Shown: in pieces, positions 8,914-18,316 of the stretch | Numbering within the stretch: position 1 is the stretch's first letter | How the letters are laid out: each line of letters starts with the position of its first letter | NCBI GenBank assembly: GCA_013166775.1 | Contig: JABLTJ010000001.1 | Location: 160,001-224,000 of the forward strand | Source: Promethearchaeati archaeon | GTDB lineage: Archaea; Asgardarchaeota; Heimdallarchaeia; Heimdallarchaeales; Heimdallarchaeaceae | Length of the DNA: 64,000 nt | Direction of reading: 5' to 3' | Notes under the pieces: generated by a model | Told to the model about the DNA's origin: nothing | The model's database searches: none | Seen by the model: only the letters and a program-made list of their open reading frames with translations | Translations under genes and position numbers: made by a program

Positions 8914-9723
8914 ATGGGCGACGATTTTGTAATAAGTGAAATTGAAAAAGATTATATTAAATCCTTACTGGAACAAAAGAAAAGAATAGATGGCAGAGAA
9001 TTCAATCAAGCTAGAAATGTTGAATTCGAACTTAACCTTGTTAAAAAGGCAGAAGGTTCTGCAATTGTAACATTAGGAGGTTCTAAATTAATAGTGGGTG
9101 TAAAAGCACAATTAGGTTCTCCATTCCCCGATACACCAGATACTGGAGTTATCACAACAAGCGCGGAATTATCACCGATAGCTTCTCCCTATTTTGAGAG
9201 TGGTCCTCCAAGTAATGATGCAATTGAACTAGCACGTGTAACAGATAGAGCTATTAGAGAATCCCATTGTGTGGATTTATCTAAATTATGTGTTATACCA
9301 AAAAAATCAGTGTGGATTCTATTCATAGATTTCTACATTCTTAATCATGATGGTAATTTATTCGATGCTGCAGTAATTGGTGCTGTAGCTGCTCTTGCAA
9401 CCACAAAGATTCCCAAAGTAAAAATGCTTGAAGATGATGAAGTGGAAATCCTTGAAGAAGTTGAACCTTTGAAAATTGAACATTATCCTATTTCTGTAAC
9501 TTCATACAAAATTGGAGAATACAATATAATTGATGCCAATTTCAAAGAAGAAAGAGTTAGTGAAGCAAGAGTAACTGTAGGGTTTGATGAAAAAGACCGA
9601 ATTGTATCTTTACAAAAAGGTGCTACAGGAGTCTATAAACCCGATGAACTCTTAGCTGTCATTAAAGAATCTTTGAACGTATCGAAAACTTTAAGGAAAG
9701 AGCTGATGAAAGCGCTTTCGTAA
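8914..9723 (+). CDS. rrp42: Exosome subunit Rrp42
   Basis: RIDGR, KAEGSA, PFPDTPD.G, FESGPP...AIELARVTDRAIRES, DGNLFDA. Confidence 0.96.
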   Translation: MGDDFVISEIEKDYIKSLLEQKKRIDGREFNQARNVEFELNLVKKAEGSAIVTLGGSKLIVGVKAQLGSPFPDTPDTGVITTSAELSPIASPYFESGPPSNDAIELARVTDRAIRESHCVDLSKLCVIPKKSVWILFIDFYILNHDGNLFDAAVIGAVAALATTKIPKVKMLEDDEVEILEEVEPLKIEHYPISVTSYKIGEYNIIDANFKEERVSEARVTVGFDEKDRIVSLQKGATGVYKPDELLAVIKESLNVSKTLRKELMKALS

Positions 9724-9731
9724 GAAAAAGG

Positions 9732-10022
9732 GTGAGAATAATGCCTAAAACAAAGAAAGTTGGTTCAACCGGTCGATTTGGTGCTCGTTATGGTAGTACA
9801 ATAAGAAAAAGAGTCAGAGAAATAGAGGACAAAAGTAAAGCAATTTACAAATGCCCAGTTTGTTACATGCGAACCTTGAAACGATCTGGTCTTGGTATTT
9901 GGGAGTGCACAAAATGTGGAGAAAAACTTACAGGGGGAGCTTGGGAGCCCAATACTAGTGCTGGTAGAAGTATAATACGTAGAGTTACACGTATAGCTGA
10001 AGGTTTAAAGGAGGAAGATTAA
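9732..10022 (+). CDS. rpl37ae: 50S ribosomal protein L37Ae (eL43)
   Basis: KKVGSTGRFGARYG, CPVC...GIWECTKC, GGAW. Confidence 0.97.
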   Translation: MRIMPKTKKVGSTGRFGARYGSTIRKRVREIEDKSKAIYKCPVCYMRTLKRSGLGIWECTKCGEKLTGGAWEPNTSAGRSIIRRVTRIAEGLKEED

Positions 10023-10099
10023 CTCTCCTTTTCTTTTATTATTTTAAAAAGAGTTTACAATCCCTACATTTTAATTATGGTTAATTTCTGTTTGATTAT

Positions 10100-10660
10100 A
10101 TGAGTAGAATTGGATTTACTACTTCACGTTCACCAGCTAATAAAACTCGTTCTTTCGTACATGATATTATTGGGGTTGTTCCCAAGTCAGAAAGGATTGT
10201 AAGAGGATCTTCTAAACTCCTCATGTGTGTCACTGGGATGAAAAATAGAGGATTCGAAACAGCAGTAATTATTCATTCTGTTAAAGGAAATCCAAACTTT
10301 ATGAGAATATTTGATTTGAAAACCGCACCCCAAGAAATCCCTTACGCTGTTAAAATTAGGGGAATCACTCTATCAAGAGAATATCAACAAAAACATAGAA
10401 ATAAGAAACCAGCTTTCGCAGTTCTTATCTCTTCTTTGAAAAATATAGAAGAGGAAAACATAATTAAAAGGATATTTGGGATTACTGAGGACAATATTGA
10501 GAGTATTAAGAGAAAAGAATATGTTACTGTGTATGCAGATTATATAGATGAAGAAGAAAAAATCATATTTATTGAATTTCTCAATGGTCTCAATAAGCAA
10601 GTAGGTCCAAGATTGAAAATGAAAGTGATACCAAGAGAACCTGAGGATTTACTTAACTGA
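10100..10660 (+). CDS. Brix/Imp4-domain ribosome biogenesis protein
   Basis: TTSRSP...TRSF, GNP, C-terminal GPRL; conserved operon position. Confidence 0.88.
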   Translation: MSRIGFTTSRSPANKTRSFVHDIIGVVPKSERIVRGSSKLLMCVTGMKNRGFETAVIIHSVKGNPNFMRIFDLKTAPQEIPYAVKIRGITLSREYQQKHRNKKPAFAVLISSLKNIEEENIIKRIFGITEDNIESIKRKEYVTVYADYIDEEEKIIFIEFLNGLNKQVGPRLKMKVIPREPEDLLN

Positions 10661-10669
10661 TAATAAAAA

Positions 10670-10951
10670 TTGAGGAATAAGACGATGGGTTCTACAATAA
10701 AGAGACTTGAGATTGATCTTGAATTCGAGATGGAAAATGAAAAAATGAGTAATTTACTATATGAAACTTTGATTTTAGAATCTGGTTATAATCCAAATGA
10801 TAGAGCAAAAGCTAGCTTAGAAGTTCATAATAATTTTCTAAAATTAAAAATTGATGCAATAGATTCAATTTCAGCAAGAGCAGCAATAAATTCATTTCTA
10901 AAATGGATTAACCTTTCAATTCAACTCATTAATCAAATTGAAGCAGAATAG
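10670..10951 (+). CDS. pcc1: KEOPS complex subunit Pcc1
   Basis: LKIDAIDSISARAAINSFLKWI motif; operon position. Confidence 0.88.
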   Translation: MRNKTMGSTIKRLEIDLEFEMENEKMSNLLYETLILESGYNPNDRAKASLEVHNNFLKLKIDAIDSISARAAINSFLKWINLSIQLINQIEAE

Positions 10952-10976
10952 AATTTCGAAGTTCTGCTTCCACAAT

Positions 10977-11804
10977 TTAAACTATATTAGCTTTCTTTAA
11001 TCGTCCCTGTACAACTGGTTTAAAGAACAGTTTTCTAATTGAAACTTTCACATAAAGAGGTTTCTTGAAATATTTAGCGACCCTTCGATATGAATCAATC
11101 GCACTCCATACACTAGGATAAGCATCAATCTCATTCACTATTATCTTATTGAATTTTCTTCGTTTCATTTCTTCTAGGATATTTTCAATTGGCATAATAC
11201 CTGCTCCAAAGGAGTAATGGGAATCCTCGTTTATTGTACAATCAGATAGATGTATTTCTTCAAGTTCATCAAAAGGCATCTTATCTAGTAGGTTCATATA
11301 GTTCTTAGGTCCGTTCCTTAAATATGAGTGGGCAACATCAAAAAGCCATCCTTGTAGTTGATCTCCTAGTTTATCCTTAAATTTCACATAAAGATCTTTA
11401 AACTCTTCATCTGAATAATTCTGAATGTTCTCAACAACTAATTTAATATTCAATTGCTTTAGATTCTCCACCAAGGTTTCAAAATTTCCTTTTTCTTCCA
11501 TAGGGTGAAAAACTCCCAAAATTAACTGAAGATCATCTGAATGTTTGTTAATCAATTTGATAATGTCTCCAATCTCCTTCTCTTTGTCTGGATGGGCAAA
11601 ATCATATCCCTCAATACCTTCTACAGGTAAGTGATAGGTTGTTTTCATCTTCCCAAGTGAATTGATTATTTCATTAATATTCTTGAAACTAGTTCCTTTT
11701 GGATTTATTTCACATGCTTCCATACCTAAAAGATTAGCAAAACGAACTAAATGTTCACATCCCAAACCCTCATAAGCTTGTATTGTTTGGCCAATCAGCA
11801 CCAT
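10977..11804 (-). CDS. Sugar-phosphate isomerase/AP-endonuclease 2 TIM-barrel protein
   Basis: YHLP, VFHP, VVEN, FDVAH, EIHLSD, H, VNE metal-binding pattern; likely start MVLIG at 11804. Confidence 0.8.
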   Translation of the reverse strand: MVLIGQTIQAYEGLGCEHLVRFANLLGMEACEINPKGTSFKNINEIINSLGKMKTTYHLPVEGIEGYDFAHPDKEKEIGDIIKLINKHSDDLQLILGVFHPMEEKGNFETLVENLKQLNIKLVVENIQNYSDEEFKDLYVKFKDKLGDQLQGWLFDVAHSYLRNGPKNYMNLLDKMPFDELEEIHLSDCTINEDSHYSFGAGIMPIENILEEMKRRKFNKIIVNEIDAYPSVWSAIDSYRRVAKYFKKPLYVKVSIRKLFFKPVVQGRLKKANIV

Positions 11805-11863
11805 GTTTTTTGTTGATAAAGAGAAATATATAAACCAATCTCTTAGATTTACAATGATTATTA

Positions 11864-12622
11864 ATGAAACATCCATCCAAAGCTTTAGTAAGAAAACCTA
11901 GTGACACTTACAAAAAATGCGTTTCTTCTCACCCTTTACATCACACAGTCGATGTACATAAAGCTAGAGAACAACATGAAAAATATTGTAAAACATTATC
12001 TGAATTAGGTCTTGAGATAATAGAACTTCCAATAAAAAATGATTTTCCAGATTCATGTTTTGTCGAAGATAATGCTGTTGTCCATCAGAATAGAGCATTA
12101 ATTACTCGAATGGGAGAAGAAAGTAGAAGGGGGGAAGAAGTCGATGTAGAAGAAGAATTACAACAATATCTTGCTGTGAAAAGAGCTGTTGCCCCTGCTA
12201 CAATTGAAGGAGGAGATGTAATTCATTTACCTGATAGATTAATTTGTGGAATTACTCAACGAACAAATAATCATGGCGCTAACCAGATGATGGAGTGGTT
12301 GAATGTCAAAGTTAATACAGTTACGAATCCTGATATAGTTCATTTGAAAAGTTATATGAAATATCTTGGTAAAGAAACAATGATTACTACAGAAAAGTAT
12401 AGCGAACATCCCCTACTTAAGAATTTGAGATTGCTTATTGTACCAAAAGAAGAAGGTTATTCAGTTAATTGTTTGGCAATTGGAGATTCTGTAGTTATGT
12501 CCAATAGATTCTCTAACGCAAATGAAATAGTGAGATCTGCAGGCTATGAAGTTATTACTCTTAATATGAGTGAGTTCGAGAAATGTCAAGCATCATTAAC
12601 CTGTCTATCTATTATTTTCTAG
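11864..12622 (+). CDS. ddah: Dimethylarginine dimethylaminohydrolase (amidinotransferase superfamily)
   Basis: FPDSCFVED, SRRGE, EGGDV, HLKS, C-terminal SLTCLS catalytic Cys. Confidence 0.9.
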   Translation: MKHPSKALVRKPSDTYKKCVSSHPLHHTVDVHKAREQHEKYCKTLSELGLEIIELPIKNDFPDSCFVEDNAVVHQNRALITRMGEESRRGEEVDVEEELQQYLAVKRAVAPATIEGGDVIHLPDRLICGITQRTNNHGANQMMEWLNVKVNTVTNPDIVHLKSYMKYLGKETMITTEKYSEHPLLKNLRLLIVPKEEGYSVNCLAIGDSVVMSNRFSNANEIVRSAGYEVITLNMSEFEKCQASLTCLSIIF

Positions 12623-12689
12623 GATAATTAAGACTTAAAACGTTAAAATGTGAATGCAAAAATCTAAATAGTTTAATTGACAAAATTAC

Positions 12690-13298
12690 ATGATTTACAT
12701 GTTCCTAAAGAGATTCTTCAAATCGATTATTGGTTTTATTACATGTACTGTTGTTGTTGTTCTGTTGCTTTACATTATTTGGCCAACTATAGATATGGTA
12801 GAATTAATTGGTCTAAACAATAATATGAAAGCAGATAATGGAACTGGTGGTCATTTCTGGGTTATTTTGCTAATGCTGTTAGTTGTAAACATGTTTTTGA
12901 AAATTGGTATTCCTTTGCCAGATATTTTATCTTCATACAGTATTGATAATCAATTCGGAAATCCAAGAATGTATATTTTAATAATCTTCATCTGGTTGAT
13001 TGGCTCTTTTGCAGGAGGATTAGCATCCAGAGGAGGTCTCAGATCAGGAGCATGGTCTGCAATTTTGTCATTCCTATTTCTTGATTTTATATTCGCAACA
13101 ATGACAGCATCAATGGGTTTGACGTTTGTAGGTTTGAATGGTTTTTCCCTATTTATTGTGATATTTCTAGCAACTTTGGTTCTAGGATCATTTATCTTTA
13201 TACCAATAATTGGGTTAATAGGAGGAATTGCCGGTGGAATCCTTGGTAAAATGCTTTTTAGAAAGGAAAAGCGATTGAAAGATCAAGACGAGGAGTAA
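12690..13298 (+). CDS. Multi-pass membrane protein with Gly-rich helices
   Basis: About 5 TM segments; GLIGGIAGGILG glycine zipper. Confidence 0.7.
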   Translation: MIYMFLKRFFKSIIGFITCTVVVVLLLYIIWPTIDMVELIGLNNNMKADNGTGGHFWVILLMLLVVNMFLKIGIPLPDILSSYSIDNQFGNPRMYILIIFIWLIGSFAGGLASRGGLRSGAWSAILSFLFLDFIFATMTASMGLTFVGLNGFSLFIVIFLATLVLGSFIFIPIIGLIGGIAGGILGKMLFRKEKRLKDQDEE

Positions 13299-13479
13299 CA
13301 ACAAAATTTCTCCATGATTATCTCTCTCAGTTAGTTTCCGGGAAATAAAAACCTTAATATAATTACGAGTTCTGATTCTTTATCTTCTTACTTAGTTTTT
13401 TAAGAAATCTTAATACAGAATTTTTTAAACAAAATAGTAAAGTGTTTATTCTATTAAACAGATAAGAAATTTCTTCGAG

Positions 13480-13487
13480 TTTATAAA
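13480..13487 (+). promoter_or_regulatory. TATA box of the candidate ncRNA
   Basis: TTTATAAA starts 29 nt upstream of G13509, the first base of the first hairpin. Confidence 0.55.
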
Positions 13488-13508
13488 TCAAACTATAGAT
13501 TATTTTAT

Positions 13509-13700
13509 GAGACTTAGGTCTCTTACTGAGTTAAGCCATTGACTTAAGTAAAAGGAAACTTGCTGAAAGATCTAGAAGACAGAAAGAATTGGATAAACGG
13601 AAATCAATGGTTCAGAATAAGGTTCAGTTTTAGATCTTCGCTAAACCTCAGAAATTGTTTGAATTATTCTTAGGATTCTGATTAGCTTCAGCAAGCTTTT
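13509..13700 (+). ncRNA. Unassigned highly structured ncRNA (~190 nt)
   Basis: Five helices plus two possible pseudoknots; G-U wobbles work only on +; TATA upstream and T-tract downstream (details in findings). Confidence 0.7.
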
Positions 13701-13726
13701 CTTTCTTTTTCTTTTTCTTCTTTTCT
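13697..13726 (+). terminator. Archaeal poly-pyrimidine/T-tract terminator
   Basis: ttttctttctttttctttttcttcttttct directly after the closing helix. Confidence 0.6.
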
Positions 13727-13857
13727 AATTAACAAGAACAATATCCATTTCAAGACACAAGAAAAAGATATAATATACGTCTATGAATAGAAATAACAGA
13801 GAGGTGATTTGACTGAAGAGTGGTGTATGTAAACATTACGTTGGGATTAGTGCAATA

Positions 13858-15231
13858 TTGGTAATCCTAATAGGGTTGACTACAACAATAATTGGATGGG
13901 AGAATGTATCTGAACTCACCTTTCCTATAGGTGCAATTCAACCTTCAAGCAAAACCTCTTCCACTCATGTGCCTATTAATATCCTCTCTGACCAAAATTT
14001 TACTGATTATGGCTTTCCAGGAACAGGAACGAGAACAAATCCTTACAGAATAGAAAATTATTCTATTAACACAACAGAAGAGAAAGCAATCAATATCCAG
14101 AATGTGAGTAAATCGTTCATTATCCAACATTGTTTTGTAACTGCAGAGAGATATGGGATATATGTGGAAAATGCTGTAGGAGATACAACCATTATTAGGG
14201 ACAATGAATGCACAAAATGTTGGGATGGGATCTCTATTACCCTAGGGGGAAGTGTAGCTATTATTAATAACACCTGCTATCAGAATGAAAATTATGGTAT
14301 TAGAGCTTATGACATCTATGATTATGTTCTCGTAGTAGAGAATAACTGCTCTTATAATGGGAGGGGATTAGTAGCACATAAAATTAGAGATGCAAAAGTA
14401 TACGATAATCTATGTACATTTAATATTTTTGAAGGAGTAATTATATGGGAAACAGTTGCTATTGTTTATCAGAATGTTTGTGACTTTAATAATGATGGGA
14501 TAACTACAAGGATAACACCTCCTGCACTTATTTACAACAACACATGCAAGAACAATACGGAAAGTGGAATAAGATTATTTGGAGCATCGGATTCTATTGT
14601 TACTAACAATACTTGTGTAAATAATAGGAATGGGATTTATAACATAAATTCTTTCCATACTAAAATCATTAACAATGCCTGTTTTAAAAATGAATATGGC
14701 CTTTTCTTTGATATTGGCTCATGGTATTGCACCGTTTCAGAGAATGATTGTTTTAATAACACCCAAGCAGGTATTGCTCTAGCTCCTTCAAGATTTAGCA
14801 AAATATCAAATAACACTATTCACTATAATCAAGGCTTTGGGATTTATTCAGAAAGAAGTTTAGAGTGTATTATAACTTACAATTTGATTGAAAATAATGA
14901 TGATTATGGAGTGTATTTGGAAAATACAACCAATAAAACACAAATTGCTTACAATTACTTGCTTAACAACAATCCCTCAGGAACTTCTCAAGGCTATGAT
15001 GCAGGGAAGAATAATAACTGGTTTGATGAAGAGAACAAAGCAGGAAATTTTTGGTCTGACTGGAAGGGAAGGGGAAAATATAAAATTGCTGGTCCAGCAG
15101 AATCTGTGGATAAATATCCTTTGAATGAGCAATTGGAGAGGGTGTCTAGTCTTTCCTTTTTATGGCTTAGCCTCTCATTCTTTCTGCTTACTCTCCCAAT
15201 TTTTAGCAAAAAATTGATCAAGAATAATTAA
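13858..15231 (+). CDS. Membrane-anchored right-handed parallel beta-helix (NosD/CASH) surface protein
   Basis: N-terminal hydrophobic stretch, repeated NNTC.NN..GI units, GNFWSDW, C-terminal TM + basic tail. Confidence 0.85.
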   Translation: MVILIGLTTTIIGWENVSELTFPIGAIQPSSKTSSTHVPINILSDQNFTDYGFPGTGTRTNPYRIENYSINTTEEKAINIQNVSKSFIIQHCFVTAERYGIYVENAVGDTTIIRDNECTKCWDGISITLGGSVAIINNTCYQNENYGIRAYDIYDYVLVVENNCSYNGRGLVAHKIRDAKVYDNLCTFNIFEGVIIWETVAIVYQNVCDFNNDGITTRITPPALIYNNTCKNNTESGIRLFGASDSIVTNNTCVNNRNGIYNINSFHTKIINNACFKNEYGLFFDIGSWYCTVSENDCFNNTQAGIALAPSRFSKISNNTIHYNQGFGIYSERSLECIITYNLIENNDDYGVYLENTTNKTQIAYNYLLNNNPSGTSQGYDAGKNNNWFDEENKAGNFWSDWKGRGKYKIAGPAESVDKYPLNEQLERVSSLSFLWLSLSFFLLTLPIFSKKLIKNN

Positions 15232-15271
15232 ATCCTATAACTATCTAACTTCTTTCTTCTGTTTTAACCAC

Positions 15272-15544
15272 TTGAGGTGTTTTTCTAAACACATTACTCG
15301 CTCTAGTCAAGGACGGTTCGTTTGCCACCAGTGCAAGTATGGACTCAATGCTGATTTGAACAGTGCAAGGAACATAGCTAAAAGGTTAATTACCTATGTC
15401 TTAAATCCAAGTGGAGCGTTCAAAACAAAGAACATACTTCGTGACTATCTTTCTGGAGATTTTCATGATTTGGAGGAGTATGGAAGCTTTAATCCCTTAG
15501 GCCAGTGGCTTAAGTATTCCTCAGGGGATACATCGTTTCTGTAG
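15272..15544 (+). pseudogene. tnpB: 5'-truncated tnpB (IS200/IS605/IS607-type RNA-guided nuclease) remnant
   Basis: Partial zinc finger RC...RFVCHQC followed by NADLNSARNI (RuvC-III); no RuvC-I/II upstream. Confidence 0.85.
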
Positions 15545-15550
15545 ATTCGA

Positions 15551-15703
15551 TGGGACAGGTGATATGAGTTACCTCTTGTAACAGGAGATGATTCCCAAGG
15601 ACAGGTTTTCTGTTTTTCAACAGCTGATACCGGTCTAGGATGAGTCCTGAAACGTTCTTTACAATTTCTAGTAAGAAGTTGTCGGAGAAAGTAACTCATA
15701 CAC
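15551..15703 (+). ncRNA. Putative TnpB omega-RNA / transposon right-end structured RNA
   Basis: TATGAGTTAC(15563-72)/GTAACTCATA(15691-700) closes several nested hairpins directly after the tnpB stop. Confidence 0.65.
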
Positions 15704-15729
15704 ACATTTTTTATATTGAAATGTAAGAA

Positions 15730-17265
15730 TTGTATTTGATCGCAATGGCGATGCAGAGTAAAAGCCAAACTATTCCATGGGTAGAGAAGTACCGTCCTGA
15801 AACTTACAAGGATTTTGTTGGCAATAAGGAAGAAGTAAGGAAATTGGAAAATTGGCTAAAGACATGGAATCAGCAAAGAAAAAAAGCTGCATTGCTAGCT
15901 GGTCCTGCAGGTGTTGGTAAAACAAGCGTAGTCTACTACCTAATAAAGAAATACAACTATGAATTTGTAGAAGTTAATGCGAGTGATAAGCGAAATAAAA
16001 AAGCAGTAGAAATGCTTGTTGGTAAATCATCTACTGAAGGGACTGTTCTACAAGGTGCAAGAGTTCGTAAACTGATTCTTGTAGATGAAGCTGATGGATT
16101 ATTTGGAAACGCGGATAGGGGTGGAGGTCAAGCACTTGACAGAGCTATAAAAGCTACAAGAACTCCAATTATATGTACTGCAAACGACCCTTCAGCATCG
16201 GTTTTAAAAGCTGCTAAACGAAATATGCTTGTAGTTGATTTTAAAAGTTTAAAGGATGAAGAAATTCTTACTCTTCTCAAATCAATAGAAGAGAAAGAGA
16301 ATTTGAATGTTGGTGATGATATACTTTTAGCAATTACAAAAAATAGCGGAGGAGATGCTCGTGCAGCTATCAACGATTTAGAGGGTGTATCTGTTGAGGG
16401 CATAAAAGGAGTAACATTTTTTTCTCGAAATCAAGAAAAGAGTTTAGATACTGCTTTAATTAATATATTTCAGGCAGATAGTTATCAATCTGCAAAGAGT
16501 GCTGTAGATGATCTTGATGTTGATTACAGAGAATTACTGATGTATGTTTTCGAACATGCTTACAAACAAGCAAGTACAAATACAGAATTATTCAATATGT
16601 ATGAGTTAATTGCTGAAGCAGATATATACCTCTCTCACTGTTATAAGAAACAAGATTGGAAATTTCTCAAATATTTCTTTACGTTTATATCCTCTGTAGG
16701 TCTAGTTAAAAGTTCACCCTTCAAACATACTAAATTTGGCTTTCCTGGATATTGGGCACTAATGGGGAGACTTAGGGGTAAAAATGCAAAAATTAATTCA
16801 ATAGCACAAAAAAGTATAAAATATTTACATTGTTCTCAGAGAATTTTTGTAAAGGAAATTTACCCCTATCTTAAAATTATTTTCAATTCAGATCCCAAGA
16901 TGGCTGGAGGGATTGCAGCATTTCTTCAATTCGATGAAGAGAACATAAGTTTTCTTACAAATGATTCAAGCAAACTCATTAAGGAAATAATGAAACACAA
17001 AGAGAGTGCATATGTTCAGATGGCTGAACAATGGATGACCAAAGCTAAAGAAGCAGACGTAACAGTTTTTGATTTCATTAAACAGAACAAAACAAAGAAA
17101 TTAGAAGTAAAAGATAAAAAGCCATCAGTGAAAGAAAAGAAAAATGAGAAAACTGTTGTTTCAGAAAAAAAAGAAACAGAAGTGAAGAGTGCTCAAATCC
17201 CAAAGAGCAAGAGTAAGAAGAAAAAAAGTTCACAGATATCTTTAGAGAAATTCATGGAAAAATAA
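15730..17265 (+). CDS. rfcL: Replication factor C large subunit
   Basis: PWVEKYRP, GPAGVGKT, EVNASD.R, DEADG, GDARAAINDLE; C-terminal PIP box QISLEKF. Confidence 0.95.
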   Translation: MYLIAMAMQSKSQTIPWVEKYRPETYKDFVGNKEEVRKLENWLKTWNQQRKKAALLAGPAGVGKTSVVYYLIKKYNYEFVEVNASDKRNKKAVEMLVGKSSTEGTVLQGARVRKLILVDEADGLFGNADRGGGQALDRAIKATRTPIICTANDPSASVLKAAKRNMLVVDFKSLKDEEILTLLKSIEEKENLNVGDDILLAITKNSGGDARAAINDLEGVSVEGIKGVTFFSRNQEKSLDTALINIFQADSYQSAKSAVDDLDVDYRELLMYVFEHAYKQASTNTELFNMYELIAEADIYLSHCYKKQDWKFLKYFFTFISSVGLVKSSPFKHTKFGFPGYWALMGRLRGKNAKINSIAQKSIKYLHCSQRIFVKEIYPYLKIIFNSDPKMAGGIAAFLQFDEENISFLTNDSSKLIKEIMKHKESAYVQMAEQWMTKAKEADVTVFDFIKQNKTKKLEVKDKKPSVKEKKNEKTVVSEKKETEVKSAQIPKSKSKKKKSSQISLEKFMEK

Positions 17266-17269
17266 AACA

Positions 17270-17617
17270 TTATTTATCTTCTTTAGATTTTGTAAACTGC
17301 TCTCCAAGAGGGAAAATCATTCCAGATGATAAAAGAAATTGAAGCATTTTTTTAAAGTTGGAAACATGATATGATTCCTGATTCAATTTCTTTCGAACCA
17401 TGCGGTTGTTCATTAAATAATCAAGACTTTTTCTAACGTCTGATTCTCTGATTCCAGTAACTTCAATAAGCTCTTCTAAACTCATACCTTCTTCGTATAA
17501 GCTTAATGAAACTGCAACAACTCCTACATTTACTCTATCTATAACATCATCTGTCAATTCAGCATTAGTATCTGGTTCTTCCTTGTTCACTGAAAATCTC
17601 CTCTTAGTTATTTTCAT
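17270..17617 (-). CDS. Small winged-helix protein
   Basis: MSLEELIEVTGIRESDVRKSLDYL..NRMV wHTH pattern. Confidence 0.7.
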   Translation of the reverse strand: MKITKRRFSVNKEEPDTNAELTDDVIDRVNVGVVAVSLSLYEEGMSLEELIEVTGIRESDVRKSLDYLMNNRMVRKKLNQESYHVSNFKKMLQFLLSSGMIFPLGEQFTKSKEDK

Positions 17618-18197
17618 GTTTTAATATTAAAGTGAAATATGCATCTACAAGAGATGGAGGGATTCCTATATCTTTTAGTTTCTTACTTATTTCTTTCACA
17701 TTCATAGTATCTCGCATTTGATTATACAAGAAAGCAACAAATTCACCATATTCCCATGGGTAAACTACCCAAGATTGAGTTTCTCTTATGTAATAATCAG
17801 GTTTGAGAATACTATGTTTTTTATAATACAACGTTGCAGTTCTAATCTCTTTAGGATTCATACTTTTGATATGCTCCACTGCAGCAATTAGACTTTTTCC
17901 TGAATCAGCTACATCATCTACTACAAGTACTATTTTACCCTCAACATTCTCCGAAATTTCTTGTGTGATTATCGGCTCGTCAGAAGCTCTGGTAGTATTA
18001 TCATAGAATTCAATTTTGATGTTTGCTGTTCTCCTGTTTCCATAGAAATCGGCCAACAGTCTTGCTGGTATCCATCCCCCCCTAGCAATTCCAACAATTA
18101 TATCTGGAAAAAATTCATCATCAGTGATTTTTTCAAATAAGTAAAATGTCATTTGGTAACTCTGATCCCATGAAACGATTTCATAGTCTACCATCAA
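17604..18197 (-). CDS. Purine phosphoribosyltransferase (type I PRT)
   Basis: GIARGGWIPARLL, VLVVDDVADSGKSL, WVVYPWE. Confidence 0.92.
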   Translation of the reverse strand: MMVDYEIVSWDQSYQMTFYLFEKITDDEFFPDIIVGIARGGWIPARLLADFYGNRRTANIKIEFYDNTTRASDEPIITQEISENVEGKIVLVVDDVADSGKSLIAAVEHIKSMNPKEIRTATLYYKKHSILKPDYYIRETQSWVVYPWEYGEFVAFLYNQMRDTMNVKEISKKLKDIGIPPSLVDAYFTLILKHENN

Positions 18198-18316
18198 TAA
18201 CCACGACTTGAAATTATGTGTCGTTTGTTAAAAAGATTCTTAAAGATGCTAAAGAGCTGTTATTTACAAAAGGTTAATAATTTGAAATCACCCTAGAATT
18301 TTGAACTACTAAATAG

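Noticed and set aside
13535-13633. AUG-less frame after TAA (AIDLSKRKLAERSRRQKELDKRKSMVQNKVQF*) inside the ncRNA, suggestive of a tmRNA tag or IRES
   Set aside because: No tRNA-like acceptor stem or CCA, the frame starts before rather than after the pseudoknots, and purine-rich sequence easily gives such peptides.
13550-13700. RNase P or SRP identity for the ncRNA (AGGAAAC, ACAGAA words)
   Set aside because: The words are in the wrong positions, with no P4 pairing to a 3' CR-V and no SRP helix-8 motif.
15624-15655. Hammerhead-like words (CTGATA...GATGAGTCC...GAAAC)
   Set aside because: No CUGANGA core followed by helix II and GAAA; better explained as a simple hairpin.
15463-15768. 101-aa minus-strand ORF
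   Set aside because: Antisense shadow over the tnpB end and structured RNA; no recognisable motifs.
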